Below, piece after piece: positions 27,083-39,249 of a stretch of DNA of 64,000 nucleotides. This DNA is from Eledone cirrhosa. Lineage: Eukaryota. Within the stretch, counting starts at the first letter, position 1. The number at the start of each line of letters is the position of its first letter. The notes under the pieces were generated by a model. The model did no database searches. It was not told the DNA's origin and was given only the letters and a program-made list of their open reading frames with translations. Position numbers and translations under genes: made by a program. Location: NCBI GenBank assembly GCA_964016885.1, contig OZ024742.1, positions 255,502,001 to 255,566,000 of the forward strand, in the 5' to 3' direction.

Positions 27083-27332
27083 GTGTTTTCAGGCAGTTGC
27101 CAAATATAGGTTTGTTATTATTTTTCTTAATTTACTACTTTAAATTAAGTCTGGCAAACCGTATTGCTGTAGTTAGTATTTTTTCACCCTAGCAAACTTG
27201 GTCATTACAATTCGGACACATGTATGTTTATATTAGTATTCATCTCCTTTGTATATTCAATTATATTACACGGCTATTTAATTGTAAGAGACAACTTTGA
27301 GTTTCTAACACAGAATATATATATATATATAT

Positions 27333-27491
27333 AGGAAAAGAGTCAGGACTCCGACGGCTGTGCTCCGGCCGTTTCAACAGCTAGATCTGGCAGTTCGAAG
27401 TCCTGTCTCATTTCCTATTACCCACTCTACTACCCTAAGTATCGAGTACTCTGGTATTATGATCCACCTGGTATCTTACCACACCTTCTTT

Positions 27492-27496
<5 letters not shown>
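27333..27496 (+). mobile_element. Mini insertion of the 62399 Naiad family; a further arm-only fragment lies at ~27731-27778
   Basis: Inverted hammerhead 3' half plus tail CCTATTACCCACTCTACTACCCTAAGTAT. Confidence 0.75.
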
Positions 27497-27529
<33 letters not shown>

Positions 27530-27660
27530 CAAATAGTTACATGCCAACAGAAGAACGAGAATGACGGGTTCATTCTACTGACATGGCTTATAGAGGCTGT
27601 GTGTATAATTGCAAACGAATCGAATATTATTATTAATATTCGAAAAACTCAGATTACACA

Positions 27661-27732
<72 letters not shown>

Positions 27733-27816
27733 AGAGTCGGAACCCGACGGCTGAGCTCTTACCGTTTCAACAGCTAGTATATATATATATCTGTATATAT
27801 ATATATATATATATTA

Positions 27817-27874
<58 letters not shown>

Positions 27875-27898
27875 CTACAGGATTAGTCTATATAAACT

Positions 27899-27973
<75 letters not shown>

Positions 27974-28096
27974 GGAGGTGAGTTTTATTGTAGTACAATA
28001 AAGCAATGCAGATATCGGATAAGAAGCACTCTACAGTTTGTGGGACTGGAGTATGCATAATATAAGATCAAAAGATGGTTAAAGGAGTTCAATATA

Positions 28097-28163
28097 TTTT
28101 ATTATGCGCATTTCAAAAACAAACATCATCAAACAATAATATTTGTGTTTTCATCAGATAAAA
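28097..28163 (-). ncRNA. Minimal type I hammerhead ribozyme (mirror copy)
   Basis: Reverse complement of 33135-33201. Confidence 0.85.
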
Positions 28164-29388
28164 CAGGAGAACATGATATGAAGGCTAAAAAAACACTTGT
28201 TGATAGTGCAGTTTTAAATCAACATATGAAAAGTGGTTTTAGATTGATGTGTGATATTGGGAAAAATATTTTATTTAGAGAGGGGGGGAGAGAAAAGGAT
28301 GAAAAGGGAAGGAGATGAGAGGGAGAGATGGGTGATAGAGAGAAAGAGATAGTTTTTATAACAGAGAGGAGATATATTTTATATAGAGGGGTTGAAAACC
28401 GTTGGAAGATACTGTATAAATTAAAAATTTTGAAAATTAACGAAGGGAGGATATGTGCGAGGAAAAAATATATTATATTTAGGGAGGGGTGGGGGTGGAA
28501 AGGATGAAAAAAAGGGAGGAGATGAGAGTGAAGGTGGAAAGGGAGAGATGGGTGATAGAGAGAAAGAGATAGTTTTTATAACTGAGAAAAAGATATAATG
28601 TTTTAATATAGAGAGGTTGGGAACCGTTGGAAGATAATGTATAAATTAAAGGAATTTGAAAATTAACGAAGGGAAATTATGTATGGAGATAGAGAGAAAA
28701 AAATAACGAAGGGAGATTATGTATGGAGATAGAGAGAAAAAAATAATAATTGTGGGTGAATATTCAAAAGGAGAAATGTAGGAATCTTAAAATTAGCAAA
28801 GAGAAAAAGTTTATGTATAGGATTTGAGAAAAATTTATATTGAATTCATATGTATTAATAATGAGTTCGTTGATGGGGAGAAAAAAATAATAATAATAAA
28901 TTAAGGATGAAATTGAGATTAAAAAGATTTATGATAGAGAGAAAAAATAATAATGATTGCGGATGAATACTCAAAATGTCAAAAACAAATGTTATTGTTT
29001 TACGAAGAGATATAATGAGGGTGATGAGTAAACGGGTATTATAGAGTGTATAATGCCCTTTAAAGTAAGGTAGATGGGTATATTTTAAAGAATATATGAG
29101 TATATATTAAAAAAAATATATATAATAATAAATTAAGGATGAAATTGAGATTAAAAAGATTTATGATAGAGGGAAAAAAAAAAAAAAAATAATAATGATT
29201 GCGGATGAATATTCAAAATGTCAAAAACAAATGTTATTGTTTTACGAGAAGATAGGATGAGGTAAATGAATAAACGAGTACTATAGAGTGTATAATGCCC
29301 TTTAAAGTAAGGTAGATGGGTATATTTTAAAGAGGTGTATGTATATGTGCCTTTGAGAAAAGATTCTAAATTGATAAAGAATTGAATA

Positions 29389-30528
29389 TTAACTGTATAC
29401 TTTGTGAAAAGTTCTATGGAATTTATGAAGGCAGATGGAAAACAAATCCGAGCGTCTATTTATTATGGATTCTAGGTTAGAGATAATGGTAAATTTTTCA
29501 TTTAGGCAGAGATTACAGATTTTAGATAGAGAACTGTTCAAGTACGAGGATGCAGAAGAAATCTTTTTCCAAAAGATGTTATATTTAATGTTTTTGTCTT
29601 TTAAGGACCATATGAGTTCTGAGAGAGCAGTGTTAGTTCTTTTAAGTTTGTATTTGAAAGATGAATGATGATTATAGAGACGAGCTTTAAAAGAGGTGGA
29701 AGTGGAGCCAAAATAGGTGAAGGAGTTGGTGCTAGTTATAATTTTACATTCATAAATTAAGTTTTTATCGAGGCAATGGTTGTTGAGAGGACATTTATTT
29801 TTAATGCGGCAGTTGCAATTAGAGAGATTATTAATGAGTGATCTAGTGTTATCTATAGAAGGAATTGGATTGGAGAAGTTGTTTGCGATAGGAATAATAG
29901 GAATAATAGTTTCTTGATTTAGAGTTGGATTATGAACATTTAGCGAAGTTGTGTTTGACGTTGCATTTGGGTTTACAGAAGTTAGCCTAGGGTTTACAAT
30001 GACGTCAGGAGTACTATTATTGTTATTATGAGATTCAATATTGGAAGGAAGAGATTTAGTATTTAATATTTTGTTGTTGTGTTTAGAAATGATGTTGGAA
30101 ATATTGGAGGATGTAGAATACGAAAATTTAATGGTGTGTTTGTTAAATATTTTACTATAGATATGTGAGGGAGGGAAGCATTTATTTAAGGCACTAAAAA
30201 ATAATTTAGGAATATTGTTATTAATAGAGATGGAGAAAGGAGCATTATACCAGATTATGTTTTTGTATCTAGGTCTTTTATTAAAATTATTGGAATGGTT
30301 ATGATTAAATATTCTACTGTAAGTTTTCCTAGAATTTGTTTCTTTATTATATTTGATTTTATCTGGATAGCCAGCTTTAGAAAGTGCGTTATTCATCCTC
30401 ACCGCACGTAAAACCATCCTAGAGTTCAACAACGAATATTGGACCAGAGCCGATACCTCTAACAACTTCGACATCACAATGGGAGCATCCGATTCATCCC
30501 AATTGACTGATTTAATTGGTATCTTCAT
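29389..30528 (-). CDS. Inverted-arm ORF: RT thumb, linker and GIY-YIG endonuclease fused to antisense spacer sequence
   Basis: Identical to the + ORF from NNALSKAGY onward; the junction creates an in-frame ATG at 30396-30394. Confidence 0.7.
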   Translation of the reverse strand: MKIPIKSVNWDESDAPIVMSKLLEVSALVQYSLLNSRMVLRAVRMNNALSKAGYPDKIKYNKETNSRKTYSRIFNHNHSNNFNKRPRYKNIIWYNAPFSISINNNIPKLFFSALNKCFPPSHIYSKIFNKHTIKFSYSTSSNISNIISKHNNKILNTKSLPSNIESHNNNNSTPDVIVNPRLTSVNPNATSNTTSLNVHNPTLNQETIIPIIPIANNFSNPIPSIDNTRSLINNLSNCNCRIKNKCPLNNHCLDKNLIYECKIITSTNSFTYFGSTSTSFKARLYNHHSSFKYKLKRTNTALSELIWSLKDKNIKYNIFWKKISSASSYLNSSLSKICNLCLNEKFTIISNLESIINRRSDLFSICLHKFHRTFHKVYS

Positions 30529-31909
30529 TTTGAACTCTTTGAGTCGGAAAATTCCTCAACTTCGCGGTGGAATTTATCGTGACGATGGACTCTTTACTAT
30601 CCTAAATTGCAATATAGTTAAACTTAATATTATTAAGAACAATATACGTAATCTCTTTAACCAACATAACCTAAAAATTGAATTTGATAATAGTACCAAA
30701 CTAGCTAATTTCTTGGATGTATCTCTTAATCTTGACACTGGCCTATATTACCCTTACCATAAAAACAATGAGAATCTTAATTATGTTAACTTTAAATCTA
30801 ACCATCCTACCAATATCAAGAATGCTATAGTTAATAATATTGGAAATAGAATATCTAACATATCTTCTAATAAAAACATCTTTGATGCTAACGCCAATTA
30901 CTATAATAACGCACTTTCTAAAGCTGGCTATCCAGATAAAATCAAATATAATAAAGAAACAAATTCTAGGAAAACTTACAGTAGAATATTTAATCATAAC
31001 CATTCCAATAATTTTAATAAAAGACCTAGATACAAAAACATAATCTGGTATAATGCTCCTTTCTCCATCTCTATTAATAACAATATTCCTAAATTATTTT
31101 TTAGTGCCTTAAATAAATGCTTCCCTCCCTCACATATCTATAGTAAAATATTTAACAAACACACCATTAAATTTTCGTATTCTACATCCTCCAATATTTC
31201 CAACATCATTTCTAAACACAACAACAAAATATTAAATACTAAATCTCTTCCTTCCAATATTGAATCTCATAATAACAATAATAGTACTCCTGACGTCATT
31301 GTAAACCCTAGGCTAACTTCTGTAAACCCAAATGCAACGTCAAACACAACTTCGCTAAATGTTCATAATCCAACTCTAAATCAAGAAACTATTATTCCTA
31401 TTATTCCTATCGCAAACAACTTCTCCAATCCAATTCCTTCTATAGATAACACTAGATCACTCATTAATAATCTCTCTAATTGCAACTGCCGCATTAAAAA
31501 TAAATGTCCTCTCAACAACCATTGCCTCGATAAAAACTTAATTTATGAATGTAAAATTATAACTAGCACCAACTCCTTCACCTATTTTGGCTCCACTTCC
31601 ACCTCTTTTAAAGCTCGTCTCTATAATCATCATTCATCTTTCAAATACAAACTTAAAAGAACTAACACTGCTCTCTCAGAACTCATATGGTCCTTAAAAG
31701 ACAAAAACATTAAATATAACATCTTTTGGAAAAAGATTTCTTCTGCATCCTCGTACTTGAACAGTTCTCTATCTAAAATCTGTAATCTCTGCCTAAATGA
31801 AAAATTTACCATTATCTCTAACCTAGAATCCATAATAAATAGACGCTCGGATTTGTTTTCCATCTGCCTTCATAAATTCCATAGAACTTTTCACAAAGTA
31901 TACAGTTAA
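30395..31909 (+). CDS. 5'-truncated PLE (Naiad) RT + GIY-YIG endonuclease
   Basis: Frame open from 30395 (ILTARKTILEFNNEYW); FDITMGASDS, GIYRDDG, NFLDV, SNHP, WYNAPFS, CNCRIKNKC (CxCx5C), LIY..YFG, FKARLYNH, CNLCLNEK, CLH. Confidence 0.92.
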   Translation: MLTARKTILEFNNEYWTRADTSNNFDITMGASDSSQLTDLIGIFILNSLSRKIPQLRGGIYRDDGLFTILNCNIVKLNIIKNNIRNLFNQHNLKIEFDNSTKLANFLDVSLNLDTGLYYPYHKNNENLNYVNFKSNHPTNIKNAIVNNIGNRISNISSNKNIFDANANYYNNALSKAGYPDKIKYNKETNSRKTYSRIFNHNHSNNFNKRPRYKNIIWYNAPFSISINNNIPKLFFSALNKCFPPSHIYSKIFNKHTIKFSYSTSSNISNIISKHNNKILNTKSLPSNIESHNNNNSTPDVIVNPRLTSVNPNATSNTTSLNVHNPTLNQETIIPIIPIANNFSNPIPSIDNTRSLINNLSNCNCRIKNKCPLNNHCLDKNLIYECKIITSTNSFTYFGSTSTSFKARLYNHHSSFKYKLKRTNTALSELIWSLKDKNIKYNIFWKKISSASSYLNSSLSKICNLCLNEKFTIISNLESIINRRSDLFSICLHKFHRTFHKVYS

Positions 31910-33134
31910 TATTCAATTCTTTATCAATTTAGAATCTTTTCTCAAAGGCACATATACATACACCTCTTTAAAATATACCCATCTACCTTACTTTAAAGGG
32001 CATTATACACTCTATAGTACTCGTTTATTCATTTACCTCATCCTATCTTCTCGTAAAACAATAACATTTGTTTTTGACATTTTGAATATTCATCCGCAAT
32101 CATTATTATTTTTTTTTTTTTTTTCCCTCTATCATAAATCTTTTTAATCTCAATTTCATCCTTAATTTATTATTATATATATTTTTTTTAATATATACTC
32201 ATATATTCTTTAAAATATACCCATCTACCTTACTTTAAAGGGCATTATACACTCTATAATACCCGTTTACTCATCACCCTCATTATATCTCTTCGTAAAA
32301 CAATAACATTTGTTTTTGACATTTTGAGTATTCATCCGCAATCATTATTATTTTTTCTCTCTATCATAAATCTTTTTAATCTCAATTTCATCCTTAATTT
32401 ATTATTATTATTTTTTTCTCCCCATCAACGAACTCATTATTAATACATATGAATTCAATATAAATTTTTCTCAAATCCTATACATAAACTTTTTCTCTTT
32501 GCTAATTTTAAGATTCCTACATTTCTCCTTTTGAATATTCACCCACAATTATTATTTTTTTCTCTCTATCTCCATACATAATCTCCCTTCGTTATTTTTT
32601 TCTCTCTATCTCCATACATAATTTCCCTTCGTTAATTTTCAAATTCCTTTAATTTATACATTATCTTCCAACGGTTCCCAACCTCTCTATATTAAAACAT
32701 TATATCTTTTTCTCAGTTATAAAAACTATCTCTTTCTCTCTATCACCCATCTCTCCCTTTCCACCTTCACTCTCATCTCCTCCCTTTTTTTCATCCTTTC
32801 CACCCCCACCCCTCCCTAAATATAATATATTTTTTCCTCGCACATATCCTCCCTTCGTTAATTTTCAAAATTTTTAATTTATACAGTATCTTCCAACGGT
32901 TTTCAACCCCTCTATATAAAATATATCTCCTCTCTGTTATAAAAACTATCTCTTTCTCTCTATCACCCATCTCTCCCTCTCATCTCCTTCCCTTTTCATC
33001 CTTTTCTCTCCCCCCCTCTCTAAATAAAATATTTTTCCCAATATCACACATCAATCTAAAACCACTTTTCATATGTTGATTTAAAACTGCACTATCAACA
33101 AGTGTTTTTTTAGCCTTCATATCATGTTCTCCTG

Positions 33135-33201
33135 TTTTATCTGATGAAAACACAAATATTATTGTTTGATGATGTTTGTTTTTGAAATGCGCATAATAAA
33201 A
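33135..33201 (+). ncRNA. Minimal type I hammerhead ribozyme with palindromic stem III, AUA cleavage site
   Basis: TTTTAT-CTGATGA(33141)-AAACACAAATAT..ATGTTTGTTTTT-GAAA(33184)-TGCGCA-TA-ATAAAA; 6-bp stem I. Confidence 0.85.
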
Positions 33202-33268
33202 TATATTGAACTCCTTTAACCATCTTTTGATCTTATATTATATATATATATATACATATATATATATT

Positions 33269-33361
<93 letters not shown>

Positions 33362-33363
<2 letters not shown>

Positions 33364-33800
33364 AGTTTATACAGACTAATTAATCCTGAAACATGCCATG
33401 TTGGTGTTGTTTCTGGTGGCAGGATAGAAATATTTCAGTGTTCTTCTGGAACAGCCGGAATAAAACTACTACAAAGTATGAACACACTAATGGATCAGCC
33501 GAAATATAACTACTACATATTATGAACAGGCTACTGGATCAGCTGAAATATAACTACTAGACTGTATGAACAGCGGTATATATATTCATGCAAAGGGAAA
33601 AGAGTTCCATATGTATAGAATAAGTGAATCTGTCGTTTCTTCCAAGAATCCTTTGAAGTAAAACCAACTTGATGATAAAGCTTATCGTAAATCCGATTAA
33701 CTGTAAACAACGCAATATTGATAATCTTTTTACCCTGGAGGAAAACAGTTCTTCTAAAGTTTTTGGAGGAAGTATAAAGAAAATATTACACATACATATA
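33362..33800 (-). mobile_element. Decayed PLE 3' end (GIY-YIG C-terminus) with three 44-bp repeats at ~33447-33578
   Basis: Remnant [17 protein letters not shown] resembles RE..WI..L.TL.P.G.N; the terminus recurs inverted at 27878-27900. Confidence 0.45.
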
Positions 33801-33820
33801 CAGATGTCAAGATATATAAG

Positions 33821-33944
<124 letters not shown>

Positions 33945-34882
33945 CATATATACATATATACATACATATATAAATATATATTTATATATATATATATACA
34001 TATACGTATATATATATATACATATATACATATATACATATATACATATATATATATACGTATATATAGATATAGATATTTGGGTGTGTGTGCTTGTGTG
34101 TGTGTGTGCGTGTGCGTGTGTGTGCGTGTGTGTGTGTATGCGTGTGTATGTGTGTATATACGCGTGTGGGTCTAGTGTTTGGGTTGTTGAAAACATGACT
34201 ACTTTTCAGTTTGGATTTCTTCAGTAGAATTTTCTAATATTTTCTAATATCAAACTTATTCAATTCATAATATTACCTTGGTCTTATTTTACAGCCTCTC
34301 ACTCTACCGTCATTAGGTGTGTTGGAATAATTTTACTATTTCATTCATTATAGACAAATGTATTCCTCATGAAGTTATATTAAAATTTCAGTTCCCCATC
34401 ATTCTATGTTATACTTAACGGAATTTGAACCTTAAACGTCATAAAACGTAACACAAAATGCATAACACCAAAAAACAAATTAGCAGTAACAATTTACTAA
34501 AATAGAAACTAGAAAATTGAACGCCCTCGAAGCATAGACATCTAAGGACAAGCTACAAATGACTGATGTTATTTACTTATTTGATGAAAACGCAAAGGTT
34601 AAAACGTCACAAAAGCAATAGATCATCGGCCCTTTAATATATTATAAATATGATCAAATATTTACATAGTAAACTTGCAACACAAAATAACGTACACAAC
34701 AAAACAATGTTATATAGGAGAACTTAAACAATATTTGATGGGAACCGAAAATAGTTCGAAAATCAATTCAAGATATTTATGTATTTATTAACAATTTCCA
34801 GGGAAATACGTCAAAATTGACATGTGTCTCCCAAACTAACTAACTAAGCCCTCTCTCTCATCCCCCCTATCTCTCTCTCTCT

Positions 34883-34959
<77 letters not shown>

Positions 34960-34960
34960 T

Positions 34961-35902
34961 GTTATACTTTGAGAGGGTCATGCTGCCAATAAGAATCACA
35001 CGCACCAGTTGCTTTCACTCCAATTTATTATAAATAAAAAAATAAAAAATAAACATTTTTTTTTTTTAAATTTAAAAAATAAAATTTTTTTTTCAAAAAA
35101 TGTATAAATTTCCAGTTGGTTGGCTGGTTCCACAACCGGACGTTTGTTCATATATTGTCAAAGTTCTTTCGTCACACATTCTGTGACCTCTTCAGTGACT
35201 GGGATTCTTTACTTTGTTTTATGCCTCTCCTTTGTTCTGTCCTACGCCATCTTGTTTTTGTGTGTGTTGTGTGCTTAGTTTGCGCATGTGTTAAATCCGG
35301 GTGTCTGTGTGTGTTTTTATTTGTTTATTTATTTGCTTATTCACATGTTACTGGTTGTTTGTTTGTTTTATGTGTGTGTGTTTTCATTTTGTCCTTAATT
35401 GTAAGTTGTGATGTTGCTATTCCATTCATGTTTTCTATTTAATTATGGTTGGAGTTCATTTATGTTTATTGCCTCTGTGATTTGTCTAAACATTGCGTCT
35501 TTTCTGTGTGTAGATTATATTTTTATTTCTATGTTCTTTAATTTGCCCTTATGTTCTATTTTAGCATGTTGGTGGAGTATTGATGATTCTTTTCTATCTT
35601 GAAGCTCTCGCCAGTGTTCATTTAACAGTTCTCCTATACTACGAGCTGTCTCACCTTTGTACACTATATTCTTATCTTTACATTGTCCTTCAGTTCATCT
35701 TATGCTATATACTATGTTTCTAGTTTTACAGTTAATATGGGGGCTTAGTGTACAGATTATGCATTTCTTATCTATACAGGGAGTGAAAGTAACTGGTGCT
35801 TGTGTTTCTTATTGGCAACATGACCCTCCCAAAGTATAACAATATCGGTTTCAACACACGTTTTCAGATAATGAATCTTGCTAAACAAATTCAGAAACGA
35901 AA
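34961..35902 (-). mobile_element. Decayed Nematis-like PLE 3' part with ~60-bp inverted ends and a right tail
   Basis: CIIC..CKTRNIVY, YKGETARSIGE..NEH, SILHQH, DAMFRQITEAINI, LNRKHEW; 34961-35020 inverted at 35779-35840; related end at ~40095-40195. Confidence 0.8.
35157..35199 (-). ncRNA. Degenerate minimal hammerhead
   Basis: Reverse complement: GTCA-CTGAAGA-GGTCACA.gaatg.TGTGAC-GAAA-GAAC-TT-TGAC. Confidence 0.6.
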
Positions 35903-36124
35903 TATATATATATATATATATATATTCATATACATACATGGATATATGTGTGTGTGTGTGCACGCGATTATTTTTATTTAATATACTAGACACTTAATTC
36001 CTTAATTTTCGATGTTTTACAAATGTTAAAAAATAGATAGAGACTATCATTGAGTGGGCATAGAAATGTACATACATATCTCCATCCACACATACATACA
36101 CACACATACATTCATCCATATATA

Positions 36125-36731
36125 CAGTGGCGGATCGGGTCTAAAAATATTGGTTTCCAGGAGGAGACAAATGGGTCCGTCCACCCACAAGAACAATACT
36201 CTCATTTAGTTTTTATAACGAATAAATGAAATTTTCAAAAATATCCTCTCTATTTCAGGGAATGCAACTGACCGTAAAATTGTAAAATAAAAATTCGGAT
36301 TATAGACTTAATTAAAAATGTCCTACCTTTTCCAATAAAAAAAGATCATTGTGAAATATACGCACACACAAAATGTATATATATATATATATATATACAC
36401 ATTTACATGCACGCTCACATATGCGCGCCCGCGTGCACACACACACAGACAAGCACACACACACACTTATATATATATACAGACACTGAATTCTGTCTCC
36501 ACTCATTTTCCCTAGGGTCTTTGACTGTAGAACTAAGCAATCATCGTTGGCAATATCGGTAGAGGGTCGGACGCTAAGCTTTTCAGCATAGACTTACGGC
36601 CCTTTACGGTCTCAGTTCAACTCCTGCCGAGGTTAACTTTGCCTTTCATCCTTATGGGGTTGATAAAATAAAGTACCAGAAAATAAAGTTAACTGGGATA
36701 ATTGCTGGCCTTGTGCCAAAAGTAGAAACAG

Positions 36732-36824
<93 letters not shown>

Positions 36825-36937
36825 AATATATATATATATATAATTACATAATAAAATTAAATAGCTCTGTCCAATACATAGAGCACTCTTCTTGTCTTTA
36901 CGTTTTTTACGAAAATACTTAGTACACACACAACCAT

Positions 36938-36979
<42 letters not shown>

Positions 36980-36985
36980 AGAGAG

Positions 36986-37037
<52 letters not shown>

Positions 37038-37286
37038 AGATAAATAAATTTTCTTTTGTGTAGGTCAAAATGAAGTACTTTTTTTGTGTGACTGTATTGA
37101 TTCTGGCTACCCGAAGCATTATTATATTTTGACCAACTGCGTTTCTTAATTGTTTTATTTGTTTTAAAGGACTTTTGGTGTTTTCTTTGAAAACAAGGTT
37201 TTTGCATTGGCCTCTATAATAATATGTGGGCCCCCAAGGAGCCGACTGCCATCTTGCAAGCGGAGGACCTGGCTAGTCTGCCATTG
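36125..37286. mobile_element. Non-autonomous hAT-like element containing a nested SINE and microsatellites
   Basis: TIRs CAGTGGCGGA / TCTGCCATTG; 8-bp TSD CATATATA / CATACATA (7/8). Confidence 0.6.
36547..36730 (+). mobile_element. Meta-domain tRNA-SINE copy
   Basis: Family match. Confidence 0.85.
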
Positions 37287-37339
37287 CATACATACATACA
37301 TCTATGAGTGTATATGAAAATATATACTATATGTTTATA

Positions 37340-37517
37340 TAATTGTTTCTACTTTTGGCACAAAGCCAGTAATTACGTCCAGTGCATTACTGGTTCTTTA
37401 CTGACCCTGTAAAGATGAAAGGCAAAGTTAACTTCGACGGATATTTGAACGCAGGCCGTAAAGGGCCGTAAGTCTATGCTGAAAAGCATGGTGTCCAACC
37501 TTCTACCGATACTGCCT
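37340..37517 (-). mobile_element. Meta-domain tRNA-SINE copy
   Basis: Family match. Confidence 0.85.
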
Positions 37518-37939
37518 ACTTATAACATATGAAGCTCTCATATGTTTACTGTATATAAACATATAGTATAAGCTTTCATAGACACCACTATTATCCTCTA
37601 TGCTATCTTAGTGCCACTGTCAGTACATACGCACATGCATACAATCATTGGTGTACTTGGATATGTATCTAACTGTCTCAGCACAAATATTTAGAAGCTG
37701 AGCTTCACAAAACCAGAAAGAGCACGGCTAGTTAGCAACTTGCAAGAAGAACTAACTAATGAAACTAATGGAACAGTAAAAATATGTAAAACTGTCCAAA
37801 AAGTTGGCAAGTGATAACTGCATACCCACTGGTATAGATATAGAAACATATTTATTTATGTACATATAACTCAAAACAACCAAACCCACTCATGCATTGA
37901 CGTTTATAGGTAAATTCAGGTATACATATATATATTTAC

Positions 37940-37998
37940 CTAGTTGGTGTTCAAATTCCAATGAAAGAGTCTTGTCTCTGTAATAGAACTGTCTCTCT
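37940..37998 (-). other. Candidate 59-bp host exon (ERQFYYRDKTLSLEFEHQL)
   Basis: Pyrimidine-rich acceptor ..TTCTCTTAATTTTCACCAACCCAG, donor AG|GTAAAT, open frame, non-repetitive sequence. Confidence 0.3.
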
Positions 37999-38241
37999 CT
38001 GGGTTGGTGAAAATTAAGAGAACATAAAACCAGAAGAATATATATACTTACATACAAATATACATACGTAAGTATATACTTAGATAGATTCATGCATACA
38101 TAGATACGTACATATCTAAACTAATATAAATAATGTATCCATCCGTAGACAAAGACAGACACCTCACAACATAAACAAACGTACGCGCACACACGCGCGC
38201 GCGCACGCACACACACACACACGCACACACACACACACACA

Positions 38242-38291
<50 letters not shown>

Positions 38292-38483
38292 TATATATAT
38301 ATGTGTGTGTGTGTACATCTAGATACATACATACATAAACACGTAAATGCATACTCAGATAGATGCTTGCATATAGATATACGGACTTATCTAAACTTCT
38401 ATCAATAATATATCCATACACACACATATATGTACCTGCATACTAGCATACATACGTACACATACACACACACACACACACAC

Positions 38484-38548
<65 letters not shown>

Positions 38549-39004
38549 CATATATATATATATCATAAACAATATATTTTGAACATGTATATATATATAT
38601 TGGAACGTAGAAATATTATACTTATCGTATAAATACATAATAGTGAGTGAGGGTGTCAACATATAAACGCAATAACACACACAAATACACTTATCTACAT
38701 GCGTACATATAACTATATAAATATAATAGGCCTACTTAGACTTAGTGTATATTTTGGTATATAGGGGAATTATTAGTATAAACCTATTGAGGTAAATTAT
38801 TTGAATACTTATCTTGAAATACTTTTTATTCACGTTGAACGGTATTTTCCGAGATTAACATCAAGAACTGTAAAACCTAACAGTAATTTTATTATTTTTT
38901 GCTTACTGTTTGCACTAATACGAACGAAAAATATCATTCCCCCAGATAATATATTTATATGTATACATGCATATAAATATATAAATTAAGGGGGGTTACA
39001 CCTT

Positions 39005-39056
<52 letters not shown>

Positions 39057-39102
39057 GGTATGTATAGGTATATATATATATATATATACACAGGTATGTA
39101 TG

Positions 39103-39157
<55 letters not shown>

Positions 39158-39202
39158 GTATGTATAGGTATATATATATATATATATATACACACAGGTA
39201 TG

Positions 39203-39249
<47 letters not shown>

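Larger units (their letters stand above)
26741..27315. mobile_element. Fold-back PLE end: ~255-bp inverted arms (26741-26995 / 27010-27264) plus right tail
   Basis: Mirror positions sum to 54005, with a few mismatches; TA flanks. Confidence 0.85.
27971..33241. mobile_element. Naiad-type Penelope-like element as a palindrome: arms 28057-30393 and 30905-33241, spacer 30394-30904, 86-bp tail 27971-28056
   Basis: Mirror coordinates sum to 61298 at every point checked; identical translated arms; (TA)n on both flanks. Confidence 0.95.

Noticed and set aside
30395-31909. Selenoprotein-type Naiad (in-frame UGA plus SECIS)
   Set aside because: The ORF has no in-frame TGA and the Cys motifs use Cys codons; the TGA in the 5130-5620 relic is at the Arg position and fits CpG decay
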